DNA of 64,000 nt from assembly GCA_016699755.1 (NCBI GenBank), contig CP065009.1:84937-148936 (forward strand), given 5' to 3'. The DNA comes from Candidatus Peregrinibacteria bacterium. Its GTDB lineage: Bacteria; Patescibacteriota; Gracilibacteria; CAIRYL01; GCA-016699755. Shown here in pieces: positions 17,068-26,507 of the stretch. The notes under the pieces were generated by a model. It saw only the letters and a program-made list of their open reading frames with translations, had not been told where the DNA came from and did not search any database. A program made the position numbers and the translations under genes. How positions within the stretch are numbered: position 1 is the first letter of the stretch; each line of letters begins with the position of its first letter.

Positions 17068-19397
17068 TCCTGAGAAAAAAAGGAAAACGATTTTTTTGAT
17101 TTTTCCCAAAACCATGGGAAAAAATCTGATACACCCCTTCCTTCTGAAAACTGTCTTCCTTCACGAATATACCATGAGGAAATATTTCCGTACCGGTCGG
17201 TAATGGTCGGGAGCTTTTTTATCGTAACGTTTTTTATTTTTTTGTCAAAAATCCAGACATATTCTGGAGTATAAAGAAAGATGGCGGGAACCTCATCAAT
17301 AATGATGTCTCGAAGGCGCAGAAGACTGTTTCGTCTTTTTTCAATATCGTGTGTTGTACGAATTTCTTCAAGGAGAATACTTGCTTCTAAATTTTTCCAA
17401 TTAGAATAATTGAAGCCATTTTCTCCAACCTGAGAGAGGTGAAAATAGGGATATGCGTCAAGATTATAGCCAAGATGCTGTGGGAGAAGGAGAAGCTCGT
17501 ATGTTTTTGATCGAATCTTTTCTCGAAACGAATCGGGGCTTTCGGGAGAAAGGACAACTTCTACCCCAATTTTTTCTGATTCATCTCGAACAATCTCTGC
17601 AATTTCCTTCAGGTAATCAAAAGATTCTAAATATGAGAGCTCTAAACGAATATGCCCTCCTTTGTCATTGGTGCGAAATAGCGTGCTCTTTTCTGGTTCT
17701 TCTAGAGAAGACGAGGTATCTGTAGTGTCTGAAGGTGTTTCTTCCACAGTCTCTTCTGGCACCGCTGTTTCTTCCGACGCCCCCTCTTGCTCCACTTGAT
17801 CTCCTTCAGAGACAATAGGATCGGTTGGAATGACTTTTTCGCGTATCAATTCGCGTTTCTTCGTGTCTGGTTCAAAAATAATCGAAACTACTTCTGTGTC
17901 TATTACTTTTTTATTAACATCAAAGAAGTGAATTTCGTATTTATTTTCACCCTCTTTGAGTGTTCCAATTTCTGCATCTGCTCGATACGAAAATCGTCCG
18001 CTTGCAGTATTAAAAAGGCGAAGGTCATACCCATTTACTGCTACAGATGCCGTTCCCTTTGGAAAAGAGCCGACGATATAGAACGCTGATTCTCCGGTGA
18101 TGGCAGATTGTGTTGAAAATGGTTCGTAAATGTATTTTGTTGGGGTAAGGAATGGATTTTCCAAACTCTCTTGACCCATTTCATTTGAGCTTTCTTGAGT
18201 TGTAACTACTCCTTGCTGAGGAGTCTCCTCTTCTTCGGGTTGTTCTGTGTTGTTGTTTTCACTGACCTCTGCTGCAACCTCCGATGGTACTCGTTCTTGA
18301 GGGAAGAAATAGCCAGCAGATCGCATAAGTTCATCAGCTCTATTTTTCGATAGATTTACAATGTCATTTTGCGGCCATAGTTCTACAAGAGGTGTGTCTT
18401 GACGTGTCCCTTGAAATTGTTGAGCGATTTGATCTGTGTCGATTGCTGCACGGATCGCTTGACGAATTGTTTTTGTTGTAAGAGTTTCGTTTTGCAAATT
18501 GAAAAAGATGGCAATATATTGGGGGCTGTAGAAAGGGATACTTTCCATTCGAGGGGTTGAGGGAATCGCCTGAGACTCACGAGTTTGAAGTGGACGAATG
18601 GCATCAAGTTCAGAGAGCTGGTCGAGGAGAGTATTGAGAGAGGGGTATGTACGAAGTACAACAGAGTCAATTGCTGGTCGACCGCGAAAAAAATTGGGAA
18701 AAGCAGTCAGTCGCACTTGTGTGAAATTTGGTTCCCAAACCGTTCCTTCAAACCGATATGGTCCGCATCCAATGGGATTTGATTGAAAACTGTCTTGCAA
18801 AAGCTCGTTGACAGGAATACCTGCCAGAAGGTGACGAGGAACAATTCCAACGGTAAAATTTGTAAAAAATGTTTTTCGTTTTTCTGGAACCGTAAATCGC
18901 ACGGATCTTTCATCTATTTTTTCAATGGTAACATCTGAGAAGGCGCTTTTAAGAAAGGTATTCGGAAAATCTTTGTTTTGGATAACATCTCGAAATGTAA
19001 AGACGACATCATCCGCACTTACAGGATGTCCATCATGCCAAAAAATGTTTTCGTGAAGGGTAAACTCATAAGTAGTCTTGTCGGGAGAAAGAGTATGTGT
19101 TCCGAGATAATCTTCTATTTCTTCGGTTTCGGGGTTGTATCGCATGAGACCTGCAAATACAAGATGTGTAACATCTTGTTCAATATTTTTTGTGGCAAAA
19201 AGAGGACTAAAAAGAGGGGTATCGGGGAAGGCTCCTACCATTCCTTCTGTTATTTCTCCTCCTGGTGCAGGAAGAATATCTGTATTGGTTCGATAAAATC
19301 CGTAAAAAATTGCTCCAAATGAAAGAAGGGCAATAATCAATAAACCCAAAAAAAGAGAGACCCCTGTTTTTTTCGAGAAAAGGGAAGGAATAGTCAT
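17064..19397 (-). CDS. membrane-anchored ABC-type substrate-binding protein, family 5 (peptide/nickel type), with a large internal insertion
   Basis: N-terminal TM helix. LVFAGLMRYNPETEEIEDYLG...YEFTLHENIFWHDGHPVSADDVVFTF is the family-5 SBP signature region. An acidic linker and an Ig-like insert sit mid-protein. The stop overlaps the rplI start. Confidence 0.65.
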   Translation of the reverse strand: MTIPSLFSKKTGVSLFLGLLIIALLSFGAIFYGFYRTNTDILPAPGGEITEGMVGAFPDTPLFSPLFATKNIEQDVTHLVFAGLMRYNPETEEIEDYLGTHTLSPDKTTYEFTLHENIFWHDGHPVSADDVVFTFRDVIQNKDFPNTFLKSAFSDVTIEKIDERSVRFTVPEKRKTFFTNFTVGIVPRHLLAGIPVNELLQDSFQSNPIGCGPYRFEGTVWEPNFTQVRLTAFPNFFRGRPAIDSVVLRTYPSLNTLLDQLSELDAIRPLQTRESQAIPSTPRMESIPFYSPQYIAIFFNLQNETLTTKTIRQAIRAAIDTDQIAQQFQGTRQDTPLVELWPQNDIVNLSKNRADELMRSAGYFFPQERVPSEVAAEVSENNNTEQPEEEETPQQGVVTTQESSNEMGQESLENPFLTPTKYIYEPFSTQSAITGESAFYIVGSFPKGTASVAVNGYDLRLFNTASGRFSYRADAEIGTLKEGENKYEIHFFDVNKKVIDTEVVSIIFEPDTKKRELIREKVIPTDPIVSEGDQVEQEGASEETAVPEETVEETPSDTTDTSSSLEEPEKSTLFRTNDKGGHIRLELSYLESFDYLKEIAEIVRDESEKIGVEVVLSPESPDSFREKIRSKTYELLLLPQHLGYNLDAYPYFHLSQVGENGFNYSNWKNLEASILLEEIRTTHDIEKRRNSLLRLRDIIIDEVPAIFLYTPEYVWIFDKKIKNVTIKKLPTITDRYGNISSWYIREGRQFSEGRGVSDFFPWFWEKSKKSFSFFSQE

Positions 19398-19422
19398 TGA
19401 GAAAGAGAGAGAGGGAATCTCT

Positions 19423-19650
19423 TTAGAGATCTGAGAAAATGTGAATTAGAAGAACATTGAGACAGAAGGCAAATCCTAAAACAACTGTAAGACGATGAAG
19501 GAGCTTTTCTGCACCACGACGTTCTGCCTGAAAACTTCCTCCACCCCCTCCAGCAAGGGAGCCAAGACCTGTTCCACGGTTTTGTACGAGAATAACGAGT
19601 GATAAGAGCATGGAGAGTGCGACCTGTAGACCAACAAGAAAAGAGCCCAT
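19423..19650 (-). CDS. secG: preprotein translocase subunit SecG
   Basis: In-frame ATG at 19650. MGSFLVGLQVALSMLLSLVILVQNRGTGLGSLAGGGGGSF...LHRLTVVLGFAFCLNVLL shows two TM helices with a Gly-rich loop. Confidence 0.7.
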   Translation of the reverse strand: MGSFLVGLQVALSMLLSLVILVQNRGTGLGSLAGGGGGSFQAERRGAEKLLHRLTVVLGFAFCLNVLLIHIFSDL

Positions 19651-19754
19651 ATCTTCAGAAGGAAAGAAAACGCCCACATTATCCGAAAAGGAAATAAAAA
19701 ACGCAAGTACTCCTCTTTCTTTCTTTGCATTTTTCTTGAAAATAAATATATATT

Positions 19755-21770
19755 ATGCAACAATATCAAGACCATTTTCTTATCCTTCTATTTGTGGACG
19801 AAACTCCTCTCTATCCGCAAGAAATTTGGAAAAAAATACCCAATAAAGATCGGAGTGATGTCGCTCCATCTTCTCAATCTGAGTTTTTGTCTGAATTACA
19901 TAGAGAGCAGAATCCTCATCCTCTCGTGCTTCATATTCCAGAAAAAACAGTTGTGCGCTATCGTCTCTCTCGAAAATTAGATAGTACGGTTTTTCTTGAA
20001 AACCATGAAAAAGAGAGGAGTGAGCCTTTCGAATCGAAAGACATTGTTTCTGAGTTTCACATTCCTCAAAACGAGCGTGCAGAAAATCCATTGCATCATC
20101 AAAAATCCACCACCTCTCCTTTTCAGGAAAATGCTTCTTCTCTTCAAAAGAGTTCCCATGTCCCTGTTTCTCTTTCTCAAAAACTTACCGCGCAATCTTC
20201 TTTCTCCTCTCCACTTTCACTCTCTTGTCAGGAAGTAAAATGTGTTTACGGAAAAATATCTAAAAAAGAAGATATTCCTGCCACTCCTTCTGAACGAAAG
20301 GAAACAGTAACAGCCTCTCCAGAAGCCGTTTCGCTTCCCGAAGAAGTTTCTCCTCCTTTGCGGAGTATTCCTCATCAAGCTATTCCTTACGTGTTACAGA
20401 AGGAAAAAGAAGATATTCCTGCCACTCCTTCTGAACGAAAGGAAACAGTAATAGCCTCTCCAGAAGCCGTTTCGCTTCCCGAAGAAGTTTCTCCTCCTTT
20501 GCGGAGTATTCCTCATCAAGCTATTCCTTACGCATTACGAAAGGAAAATGCGCGTCTCACCTCTTCTGTTACTAATATTTCGTCTTCTTCACTTCAAAGT
20601 GTTCCCGAAGGAAGAGTAACACCGTCCATTATTCTTCTTGCTCGAGAAAAGGTGTCTGCTCTGGGGACTCGCACCGCTAATTCTGCTTCTATTCCCTCTC
20701 ATCAAGCTTCAAAAGCATCTCCTTTTTTTCATGGCGCTCCTCAGCAAATTTCTACTACAGAAAAAATTGTTTCTGTAGTAGAGACAAAAATTTCGACATC
20801 TTCTCCTCTCTCTGATTCGGAAAAAAGAAAGGCTGTTCTCAAAAAATCCGATTCAACCTCTCTTCTTTTGGAGGCACCCGTCTTAACAAATGACAAGAAA
20901 GTATCAGAGTCTATCTCCTTGTCTTCGCAGAAAAAAATCCATTCCACCTCTTCCCAAAAATCGGTCGAAGTATCACCGCACCAAATTTCAATTGTTGCAT
21001 CTCGATTGCGATCTCCCATTGTTTCTGATCACAAAAAGAAGAAGAGTCGTTCCACTTCGTCTGCTGGATTTTTACGAGAACTGGTGCGTTTTTCTGTAAC
21101 GAGTGCTGTTATTTTTCTCCTCTCGTTTGGCGCAATGAACTATCCTGCGCTTCAGCAGCTCATTTCTGCACGTCTCGATCCGCGTTCCATGGTGGAAAAG
21201 CAAATCGCTCTTCAGAATGTTGTCCAAAAGAATATCCTCCCTGTCCCCACTCTTCCTGTTGCTGGATTCCAACGCGAAAATCGAAAGAGCTTTCCGCCTC
21301 TTAATATTGCTGTAGGACCACTTGAAAATCGAATTGTTATTCCAAAAATTGGAAAAAATATTCCCATTGTTGAAGTGGGACCAGAATCTCTTATTGATGG
21401 TGACTGGAAACAACTTGAAAAAGATATTCAAGAAGGACTTCGGGATGGAGTGGTGCATTATCCAGGAACTGCTAATCCAGGACAACTGGGAAATGTTTTT
21501 ATTACTGGTCATAGTTCCTACTACCCATGGGATTCTGGGAAATTTAAGGATGTCTTTGCACTTTTGCACGATCTTGATGCAGGAGATGAATTCACCATAT
21601 TTTGGAATCAGGATGTATATCACTATCGCATTTACGAACGAAAAGTGGTGACTCCACAAGAAACAGAAGTACTTCATCAGCCTTCCGATAAGCGAATTGC
21701 TACTCTTATGACATGTACTCCCGTTGGAACTGCAAAAAATCGACTCGTTCTTGTGGCAGAAGAGATCTAA
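19755..21770 (+). CDS. sortase-family transpeptidase with a long N-terminal Ser/Pro-rich extension
   Basis: The C-terminal roughly 200 aa contain IPKIGKNIPIVE, GVVHYPGTANPGQLGNVFITGHSS and the catalytic Cys motif ATLMTCTP. The single TM helix (VTSAVIFLLSFGAMNY) lies about 440 aa into the protein. Confidence 0.8.
   Translation: MQQYQDHFLILLFVDETPLYPQEIWKKIPNKDRSDVAPSSQSEFLSELHREQNPHPLVLHIPEKTVVRYRLSRKLDSTVFLENHEKERSEPFESKDIVSEFHIPQNERAENPLHHQKSTTSPFQENASSLQKSSHVPVSLSQKLTAQSSFSSPLSLSCQEVKCVYGKISKKEDIPATPSERKETVTASPEAVSLPEEVSPPLRSIPHQAIPYVLQKEKEDIPATPSERKETVIASPEAVSLPEEVSPPLRSIPHQAIPYALRKENARLTSSVTNISSSSLQSVPEGRVTPSIILLAREKVSALGTRTANSASIPSHQASKASPFFHGAPQQISTTEKIVSVVETKISTSSPLSDSEKRKAVLKKSDSTSLLLEAPVLTNDKKVSESISLSSQKKIHSTSSQKSVEVSPHQISIVASRLRSPIVSDHKKKKSRSTSSAGFLRELVRFSVTSAVIFLLSFGAMNYPALQQLISARLDPRSMVEKQIALQNVVQKNILPVPTLPVAGFQRENRKSFPPLNIAVGPLENRIVIPKIGKNIPIVEVGPESLIDGDWKQLEKDIQEGLRDGVVHYPGTANPGQLGNVFITGHSSYYPWDSGKFKDVFALLHDLDAGDEFTIFWNQDVYHYRIYERKVVTPQETEVLHQPSDKRIATLMTCTPVGTAKNRLVLVAEEI
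20265..20532 (+). repeat. in-frame tandem duplication, period 141 bp (47 aa)
   Basis: KEDIPATPSERKETV(T/I)ASPEAVSLPEEVSPPLRSIPHQAIPY occurs twice. The two copies are nearly identical at the nucleotide level. Confidence 0.9.
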
Positions 21771-21855
21771 AATAAAGGGTAATATTTCAGAAATGATATT
21801 GCACACTCTTTTTCCGAAGAGTATAAGGCTATAAAATTTCTTAAATTCCCCAAAA

Positions 21856-23496
21856 ATGAAAAAGCAAGTGGATTATGTTCTTCAGAACTGGAGATCTGGA
21901 ATAACAGTTGCACTTGTAAATATTCCTCTCTCCATGGCGCTTGCTATTGCGAGTGGAGCGACTCCCACTCAGGGGATTATTACCGCCTTTTGGGCAGGAC
22001 TTGTTGCTTCTTTTTTTGGGGGGAGTCATTACAACATTGTTGGTCCTACTGGTGCTCTTTCGGGGTTTCTTTTTGGGTTTGCTGTTTTCTATGGTTGGAA
22101 TGCACTTCCGCTTCTCGCACTTTTTTCGGGAATACTTATGCTTTTTGCATTCTTTTTTCGTCTTGATCGATATATCATCTTTATTCCGAGAAGCGTTGTC
22201 TATGGTTTTACCCTTGGTATTGCCATTATTCTTATTCTTGGTCAGGTTGATAACGCCTTGGGAATATATACTGTTGAAAAAGGAGAAAGTGTTCTCGAAA
22301 ATACTTTTATAATTCTTCAGCATATTTCAGAAGTACAACTCCCGATTGTTCTTCTTTTTCTTTTTAGCATGGGATTTTTATTGATATGGAGGAAGAAAAT
22401 CAAAAAATTTCCGGGAGCAATTGTTCTTGCACTTCTTGGTGTTATTGCTTCTTGGATAACAAAGGATTCTTCTTTTTTTGGAATACATTTGTCTACCATC
22501 GGTGATAAATATCCAAATATTCAGGCACAAATAGGAAATTTTTTCTGGTGGAAAGGTGTTTCTTGGGATATTTTTGAGGAAAAAAGTCTTTGGGTAGCGT
22601 CTCTTGCTGTTGCATTGGTTGCTATTCTCGAAACGCTTCTCTCGGGACAAATCGCAGATAATATGACTCATACAAAATTCAATCGTCCAAAAGAAGTCTT
22701 TGGTCTTGCTCTGGCGAATATTTTTTCTGGAATTTTTGGTGGTATTCCGGCAACTGCCGCGCTTGCGAGAACATCGCTTAATATTCAAAGCGGAGCATCT
22801 CATAGGGCATCGGGGATGCTTAATTGTATTTTCCTTATGGCAATTACGCTTATTCTTTTTTCTTTTTTTCGACTGATCCCCCTTGTGATCATCGCCTCCC
22901 TTCTTGTATTTGTCGCTATTTTTATGATAGAGAAAAAATATTTCCGAGATCTTTTTGAAAAGGAAAAATTCTCTTTTTCGCTTTCTCTTCTTGTCGCCAT
23001 TATTACAGTTGTTGACGATCCGCTTATTGGTATTCTTGTTGGAACGGTTATTGCTCTTCTTGTTTTTGTGAGTAATGTTGCCAAAGGTGAAACAGAGGTG
23101 CTTCTTTGGAGAGATGGGAAGATGGTAGAATCTGTTCTTAAAAATGAATTTTTGAAGAAGGTGAATATTGAATCGGATCTCGTGGTGTACAAAATTTCCG
23201 GAACCCTTACCTATTTAAATATGCCAGCCCATTTAGAGGCTGTTCAAAAAATACGCGGAAATCAATATGTTATCGTGTCTCTTCGACATGCATTTTATGT
23301 TGATACAGATGGTATTTCGTATCTTGAAGAAATTATTGAAGCACTCAAAGAGGGGAATGATAAAGTGTTCCTTTCGGGAATCAATCCAGAGATTGAGAAA
23401 AAAATTCGAAAAGAAATGTTCTATCAAAAAAAAATAATAGAAAAGAAAATATTTTCAAGAACGTCAGAGGCAATACAAACGATATTTCAAAAATAG
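21856..23496 (+). CDS. SulP-family anion transporter with a C-terminal STAS domain
   Basis: NWRSGITVALVNIPLSMALAIASGATPTQGIITAFWAGLVASFFGGSHYNIVGPTGALS is the SulP signature region. A STAS-like tail follows (VVYKISGTLTYLNMPAHLE). Confidence 0.85.
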   Translation: MKKQVDYVLQNWRSGITVALVNIPLSMALAIASGATPTQGIITAFWAGLVASFFGGSHYNIVGPTGALSGFLFGFAVFYGWNALPLLALFSGILMLFAFFFRLDRYIIFIPRSVVYGFTLGIAIILILGQVDNALGIYTVEKGESVLENTFIILQHISEVQLPIVLLFLFSMGFLLIWRKKIKKFPGAIVLALLGVIASWITKDSSFFGIHLSTIGDKYPNIQAQIGNFFWWKGVSWDIFEEKSLWVASLAVALVAILETLLSGQIADNMTHTKFNRPKEVFGLALANIFSGIFGGIPATAALARTSLNIQSGASHRASGMLNCIFLMAITLILFSFFRLIPLVIIASLLVFVAIFMIEKKYFRDLFEKEKFSFSLSLLVAIITVVDDPLIGILVGTVIALLVFVSNVAKGETEVLLWRDGKMVESVLKNEFLKKVNIESDLVVYKISGTLTYLNMPAHLEAVQKIRGNQYVIVSLRHAFYVDTDGISYLEEIIEALKEGNDKVFLSGINPEIEKKIRKEMFYQKKIIEKKIFSRTSEAIQTIFQK

Positions 23497-23645
23497 CACT
23501 GCTCTCGCGAAAGGCGAGAATCGTCTGTAGATGCATTGCTCTTCGGTATCCCCTTTATGAGTAATCGTAAAAGACAGCTTTTTATATTGGATTCCAGAAT
23601 TGATCTATGGCGGCAGAATCTCAGGCAGGGGTCCGAAAAAATTGG

Positions 23646-26282
23646 CTATGCCACTATCTCTTTTATTGGGATCGGCTTTTTCCCATGCTTGTGTGGACTC
23701 ATGATATTTTGAAAGAGATTTTGACACTCTCCTGTTCTTTTTACTTTATTCCAAAGTGCCCCACTTCCTTCAATAGCCTTGAGAAGACTACGGAGAACAA
23801 CCCAGTAGAGAAGGAATCGATAGACAATTCTCTGAAGTGGCAAAAAGAGGATAAGCTTCCAGCTTGATTTTTTTTCAGGAAGGAATCCTGCAAGGGCGTA
23901 GAGAAGATCAAATGCAGTAAAGGTGATGTATCCCCAAAATACAATATCTCCACCTCCAAAGATGAATGACAAAATGGCAACAAGATCAATAACAAGCGAG
24001 ATTAGTGGAGTAAGAATGCTATACATAAGCGTATTTGGAAGAATGATCCATCCGAGCGCAGGAAGGCGAATGGAAAAAATCCAACTTTTGTACTTCCAGA
24101 AACACTGAATCGTTCCAAATATCCATCGAAATCGTTGTTTGAGAAAATCTCCAAGAGAAGGCGGGGTTTCTGTATAGCAAATTGCTTCCTCATCATAGAG
24201 GATTCGTTTTCCTTTTGTGAGGATGGCGAGCGTAAGATCCTGATCTTCTACGAGTGTATCGTGGTGATATCCCCCCATGGCAACAACATCTTTTTTCCGC
24301 CATGCCCCAATAGGACCCGGAATAACTGAAATGGCGTTTGCAAAAGAAAATGCAGTTTTTTCGATATTCTGCCCAAGAACATACTCAATACTTTGAAATT
24401 TTGCGAGAAGACGACCCTGATTTGCTACACATACTTTTCCGGCAACACCACTGACGCGAGGATCAAAAAAGTGACGTGCGAGTTTAGTGATGGTGTCTGG
24501 CATAAAAATAGTGTCTCCATCCATGGAAATGATGACATCATATTTTGCAAATGAAACACCAAGGTTGAGTGCGCTTGCTTTTCCACCATTTTCTTTTGTG
24601 ACCAGACGAACTTGGGGATGATTTTTTTCTTTTTCGGCAACAATGGTAGATGTATTGTCCGTCGATCCATCATCTATAACAATAATTTCATAGAGGTGAT
24701 AATCGCTTGTGAGGATACTTTCAATGGTCGCAGCGATATTTTCTTCTTCGTTATATGCAGGAATAAGAACGCTTACTCCTCCTGAATATGATTCTTTGAG
24801 CACACGTCTTCTGATTTTTGCGGCAAGAAAAAACCCAAGGACAAACAGCATTCGTGAAAATGTGAGGAAAATAGCCCCCAAAAAGAGAAGCTCCACACCA
24901 GATCCGATTTTTTCATAAACCCAGAGGCAGAAAACTTCAACGGAAATCTGAACATTATCTAAAAAATTGAGAAATGGTGATCCCATTGTTTGATGTCGAA
25001 CTCTCGCAAGAGGAATATGAGTTTGCTCTTGAATCTTTTTTGATATTTTTTCTCCCACCATGCCAAATTCGGGATCTTCGTCGGAGAGCTTCATTACTTT
25101 TTTCTGCCAATCTTTCAGCGCATCCTGTGTCTTTTGGTCAAATTCTCCTGTAACGAAGATGTCAAGATACCCTTCTCCTTTGAGAAATTCTTGAAGAAGA
25201 GAAACCTCTCCGTTAGTGTTTTCGTCTGTGCTTGCACCATGAAAATTATGTTCGAGAATCTTTCCGTATTTATCCTCCCACTTCCAAAGCGCCTCTTGTG
25301 TTGCTCCATCAAAAATTCCAGTTTTTTCAATATTAAAATCAAATGCCTGCAGAAAAGATTGAAGTTCTGTCACTTCCGAAGAAAACTCTGTATCGCTTGA
25401 GGCAGGGACAATAACATTTTGAATGTTGATATCCTGAGAAATTCCAAGAACATCTGAAACAGTAGTAAAAACGTATCCTTCCGACTTGAGTTTTTGAATA
25501 ATGCTCCTAAGAACTAGCACGGTGTGCTTCGCTCCGTTTCCTTCTCCATCATGGAGTAAGGTGATGTGTCCTTTTCCGATTTTTTGGATAATATTTTGAG
25601 AAACATCTTCGGGAGATTTGGCAAGCCAGTCTCGGGAATCAATATCTGCTCCTACGGGAATAAAACCCATTTCAGTCGCCCATAAGACTGACGGATCACT
25701 TTTGATATAGGGATTGAGTGTTGGATCAACCCCAATTCCCAAGAGAAAAGGGGGACGATAGAGGAGTGTTTTTTCTCCGGTAAGATCTTCGATAATTTTT
25801 TCTGTCGTCAAAAGTTCCATTTTAAGGCGTTTTTCTGATTTGTGAACACTATGAGAATGGGTAAAGCTGTGATTTCCAATTTCATGTCCATCTGCATGAA
25901 TCTGTCGAACAAGATCGGGGTATTTAATGGCGTTTTTTCCAAGGAGGAAAAAATTCGCCTGTATGTGTTCTTCTCGAAGAATATCGAGAATGATAGGAGT
26001 ATATTTTGGATCTGGTCCATCGTCGAAACTAAGGGCAATCTTTTTCTCGTTTTTTGGAGATTCGTAATAGTAATCATAAAATCGTGCGGCATCTGCTGAA
26101 AAATCTCCAGGAGATATTCCTTCTGTTATCCCCACAAACAACATAATGGTGCTTGATATGAAGAAGATAGCAATAGCTCCAAGAGAGAGTCGAAACCATT
26201 TTTTTCGCCGCTTTTTTGGATCGTAGAAAATCAAAGGATGAAAGGTGAGGAGGGAAAAATTGCTTGTATCTCGAAGAGACAC
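23646..26282 (-). CDS. bifunctional polysaccharide deacetylase (CE4) / family-2 processive glycosyltransferase
   Basis: - N-terminal TM helix, then NodB motifs (LSFDDGPDP, GHEIGNHSFTHSH).
- Two PG_binding_1-like repeats.
- GT2 motifs (LIPAYNEEENI, VIDDGSTDNT, DGDT) and QRFRW, with flanking TM helices. Confidence 0.85.
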   Translation of the reverse strand: MSLRDTSNFSLLTFHPLIFYDPKKRRKKWFRLSLGAIAIFFISSTIMLFVGITEGISPGDFSADAARFYDYYYESPKNEKKIALSFDDGPDPKYTPIILDILREEHIQANFFLLGKNAIKYPDLVRQIHADGHEIGNHSFTHSHSVHKSEKRLKMELLTTEKIIEDLTGEKTLLYRPPFLLGIGVDPTLNPYIKSDPSVLWATEMGFIPVGADIDSRDWLAKSPEDVSQNIIQKIGKGHITLLHDGEGNGAKHTVLVLRSIIQKLKSEGYVFTTVSDVLGISQDINIQNVIVPASSDTEFSSEVTELQSFLQAFDFNIEKTGIFDGATQEALWKWEDKYGKILEHNFHGASTDENTNGEVSLLQEFLKGEGYLDIFVTGEFDQKTQDALKDWQKKVMKLSDEDPEFGMVGEKISKKIQEQTHIPLARVRHQTMGSPFLNFLDNVQISVEVFCLWVYEKIGSGVELLFLGAIFLTFSRMLFVLGFFLAAKIRRRVLKESYSGGVSVLIPAYNEEENIAATIESILTSDYHLYEIIVIDDGSTDNTSTIVAEKEKNHPQVRLVTKENGGKASALNLGVSFAKYDVIISMDGDTIFMPDTITKLARHFFDPRVSGVAGKVCVANQGRLLAKFQSIEYVLGQNIEKTAFSFANAISVIPGPIGAWRKKDVVAMGGYHHDTLVEDQDLTLAILTKGKRILYDEEAICYTETPPSLGDFLKQRFRWIFGTIQCFWKYKSWIFSIRLPALGWIILPNTLMYSILTPLISLVIDLVAILSFIFGGGDIVFWGYITFTAFDLLYALAGFLPEKKSSWKLILFLPLQRIVYRFLLYWVVLRSLLKAIEGSGALWNKVKRTGECQNLFQNIMSPHKHGKKPIPIKEIVA

Positions 26283-26507
26283 AAAAGTGATGGTAAAATA
26301 ACAATTTTTTTATTTAAAAAGCAAATTTTAAAACATTATTAAAAATTATAAAGTTATTAATTTTTTTTTATTCAAAAACAAAAAATGTATTTTTATAAAA
26401 AATAAATAAACAAAAAAAAATGTATTTTCACCTCATTTTATTTTTAGGAAAGTATCAGTAAAGAATCAGCACCATTTTTCTGGTGAAAGTCTCTTCTTCT
26501 CTGTCAT

